Of a DNA stretch of 64,000 bases, positions 61,061 to 64,000 are shown piece by piece. Location of the stretch: NCBI RefSeq assembly GCF_032444005.1, contig NC_091290.1:136028001-136092000 (forward strand), written 5' to 3'. The notes below the pieces were generated by a model. The model was not told where the DNA came from and ran no database searches. It saw only the letters and a list, made by a program, of their open reading frames with translations. The translations under genes were made by a program, and so were the position numbers. How positions within the stretch are numbered: the first letter of the stretch is position 1; each line of letters opens with the position of its first letter. The DNA comes from Ranitomeya imitator. Taxonomy: Eukaryota.

Positions 61061-64000
61061 ATTCTCCTATACCCCTTATTACACCCCTGAGCCCCATCCC
61101 CAGTATATATTCTCCTATACCCCTTATTACACCCCTGAGCCCCATCCCCAGTATATATTCTCCTATACCCCTTATTACACCCCTGAGCCCCTTCCCCAGT
61201 ATATATTCTCCTATACCCCTTATTACACCCCTGAGCCCCTTCCCCAGTATATATTCTCCTATACCCCTAATTACACCCCTGAGCCACTTCCCCAGTGTAT
61301 ATTCTCCTATACCCCTTATTACACCCCTGAGCCCCTTCCCCAGTATATATTCTCCTATACCCCTTATTACACCCCTGAGCCCCTTCCCCAGTATATATTC
61401 TCCTATACCCCTAATTACACCCCTGAGCCCCTTCCCCAGTATATATTCTCCTATACCCCTTATTACACCCCTGAGCCCCTTCCCCAGTATATATTCTCCT
61501 ATACCCCTAATTACACCCGAGCCCCTTCCCCAGTATATATTTCCCTATACCCTTATTACACCCCTGAGCCCCTTCCCCAGTATATATTCTCCTATACTCC
61601 TTATTACACCCCTGAGCCCTTTCCCCAGTATATATTCTCCTATACCCTTTGTTACATCCCTGAGCCCCTTCCCCAGTATATATTCTCCTATACCCCTTAT
61701 TACACCCCTGAGCCCCTTCCCCAGTATATATTCTCCTATACCCCTTATTACACCCGAGCCCCTTCCCCAGTATATATTCTCCTATACCTCTAATTACACC
61801 CCTGAGCCCCTTCCCCAGTATATATTCTCCTATACCCCTTATTACACCCCCGAGCCCCTTCCCCAGTATATATTCTCCTATACCCCTAATTACACCCGAG
61901 CCCCTTCCCCAGTATATATTTCCCTATAGCCCTTATTACACCCCTGAGCCCCTTCCCCAGTATATATTCTCCTATACCTCTTATTACACCCCCGAGCCCC
62001 TTCCCCAGTATATATTCTCCTATACCCCTAATTACACCCGAGCCCCTTCCCCAGTATATATTCTCCTATACCCCTAATTACACCCGAGCCCCTTCCCCAG
62101 TATATATTCTCCTATACCCCTTATTACACCCCTGAGCTCCCTCCCCAGTATATATTCTCCTATACCCCTTATTACACCCCTGAGCCCCTTCCCCAGTATA
62201 TATTCTCCTATACCCCTTATTACACCCCTGAGCTCCCTCCCCAGTATATATTCTGCTATACCCCTTATTACACCCCTGAGCTCCCTCCCCAGTATATATT
62301 CTCCTATACCCCTAATTACACCCGAGCCCCTTCCCCAGTATATATTCTCCTATACCCCTTATTACACCCCTGAGCCCCTTCCCCAGTATATATTCTCCTA
62401 TACCCCTTATTACACCCGAGCCCCTTCCCCAGTATATATTCTCCTATACCCCTAATTACACCCGAGCCCCTTCCCCAGTATATATTCTCCTATACCCCTA
62501 ATTACACCCGAGCCCCTTCCCCAGTATATATTCTCCTATACCCCTAATTACACCCGAGCCCCTTCCCCAGTATATATTCTCCTATACCCTTTATTACATC
62601 CCTGAGCCCCTTCCCCAGTATATATTCTCCTATACCCCTAATTACACCCGAGCCCCTTCCCCAGTATATATTCTCCTATACCCCTAATTACACCCGAGCC
62701 CCTTCCCCAGTATATATTCTCCTATACCCTTTATTACATCCCTGAGCCCCTTCCCCAGTATATATTCTCCTATACCCTTTATTACATCCCTGAGCCCCTT
62801 CCCCAGTATATATTCTCCTATACCCCTAATTACACCCGAGCCCCTTCCCCAGTATATATTCTCCTATACCCCTAATTACACCCGAGCCCCTTCCCCAGTA
62901 TATATTCTCCTATACCCTTTATTACATCCCTGAGCCCCTTCCCCAGTATATATTCTCCTATACCCTTTATTACATCCCTGAGCCCCTTTCCCAGTATATA
63001 TTCTCCTATACCCCTTATTACATCCCTGAGCCCCTTCCCCAGTATATATTCTCCTATACCCCTTATTACACCCCCGAGCCCCTTCCCCAGTATATATTCT
63101 CCTATACCCCTAATTACACCCCTAAGCCACTTCCCCAGTAGAGATTCAAGATTCAAAGAAGCTTTATTGGCAGGACCAAATACACATCAATTTTGCCAAA
63201 GCAAGTGTATAAAGGCAATAGGGGTAGGAGCTGTAGGGAAGGTGGATGGGGGCAGATCCAGGGTGGGGGCTATAGTCCATGGCATAGGGGAGGTGGATGG
63301 GGCAGATCCATTGTGGGGGCTATAGTCCATGGCATCATAGTTATCTTTCTCGCAGTCTATGACATTCGCTCACATACCGCGCTGCTATCTCCACTGCTCT
63401 CTCTTCTTCTCCCAGCAGGATATATGTTTTCTCTTCCTCCTTCATGGTGATGAAGTCTGGGAAGAGATGTGAGAGTCTCCTGAAGTGAGTGTCCCTCACT
63501 GCTGAGTATTTGGAGCAGTGTAGCAGCAAGTAGGTTTCGTCCTCTATGGCCTCCTGGTCACAGTGTTGGCACAGTCTTTCCTCCCTAGGCTTGTAGGTCT
63601 GCCTGTGTCGGCCACATTCGATGGCCAGACTGTGGGCACTGAGTCTATATCGGCTCAGGATCTGGCGGTCTCTGGGGTCCGGGAGTTTCTCCAGATATGG
63701 CGCCAGTCTGTAGTCTCTCTGTAGGCTCCGGTACATGATCAGTTTCTGTGAGCTGATGATATCATTCTTCCAGTATATATTCTCCTATACCCCTTATTAC
63801 ACCCCTGAGCCCCTTCCCCAGTATATATTCCCCTATACCCCTTATTACACCCCTGAGCCCCTTCCCCAGTGTATATTCCCCTATACCCCTTATTACACCC
63901 CTGAGCCCCTTCCCCAGTGTATATTCCCCTATACCCCTTATTACACCCCTGAGCCCCTTCCCCAGTGTATATTCCCCTATAACCCTTATTACACCCCTGA
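61059..64000. repeat. 48-bp minisatellite, interrupted by a LINE fragment, runs off the window
   Basis: Unit atattctcctataccccttattacacccctgagccccttccccagtat. Confidence 0.97.
63141..63770 (-). mobile_element. 5'-truncated non-LTR retrotransposon (~630 bp; clade uncertain, CR1/L2/RTEX-like)
   Basis: ORF2 C-terminus YRLSAHSLAIECGRH..RLCQHC..EDETYLLLHC; 3' end AATAAA followed by (TTGAATC)2 tail. Confidence 0.85.

Noticed and set aside
25500-64000. CHST5/CHST6-like sulfotransferase gene expected downstream of TMEM231 by mammalian synteny
   Set aside because: No long single-exon ORF with a sulfotransferase motif in the ORF track

Overview
Vertebrate genomic window, most likely an anuran amphibian (inferred from T2/piggyBac-type MITEs, DIRS, Penelope and L1 content), with one 150-N assembly gap (36912-37061). 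It holds two head-to-head genes that can be reconstructed exon by exon: GABARAPL2 (minus strand, 4 coding exons, 117 aa) and TMEM231 (plus strand, 7 coding exons, 312 aa). TMEM231 has a probable GC-AG intron and a clear U12-type AT-AC intron. Five multi-kb minisatellite arrays explain nearly all the long ORFs in the ORF track. The distal 37 kb is transposon terrain: a Tc1 with one frameshift, a Penelope 3' fragment with a minimal hammerhead ribozyme (U3-A8 variant), an internally deleted DIRS with ITRs and ICR carrying a TSD-flanked insert with a 28S rRNA fragment, a 3.8-kb piggyBac-type non-autonomous element with telomere-like repeats, a full-length but inactivated L1, three solo LTRs with 6-bp TSDs, a recent 2.4-kb chromovirus derivative with a self-priming PBS, a hAT MITE and a truncated LINE. 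I found no prokaryotic-type system or CRISPR. The best leads are the ribozyme, the self-priming mini-retroelement and the rRNA-containing insert. All coordinates and counts were read by eye.
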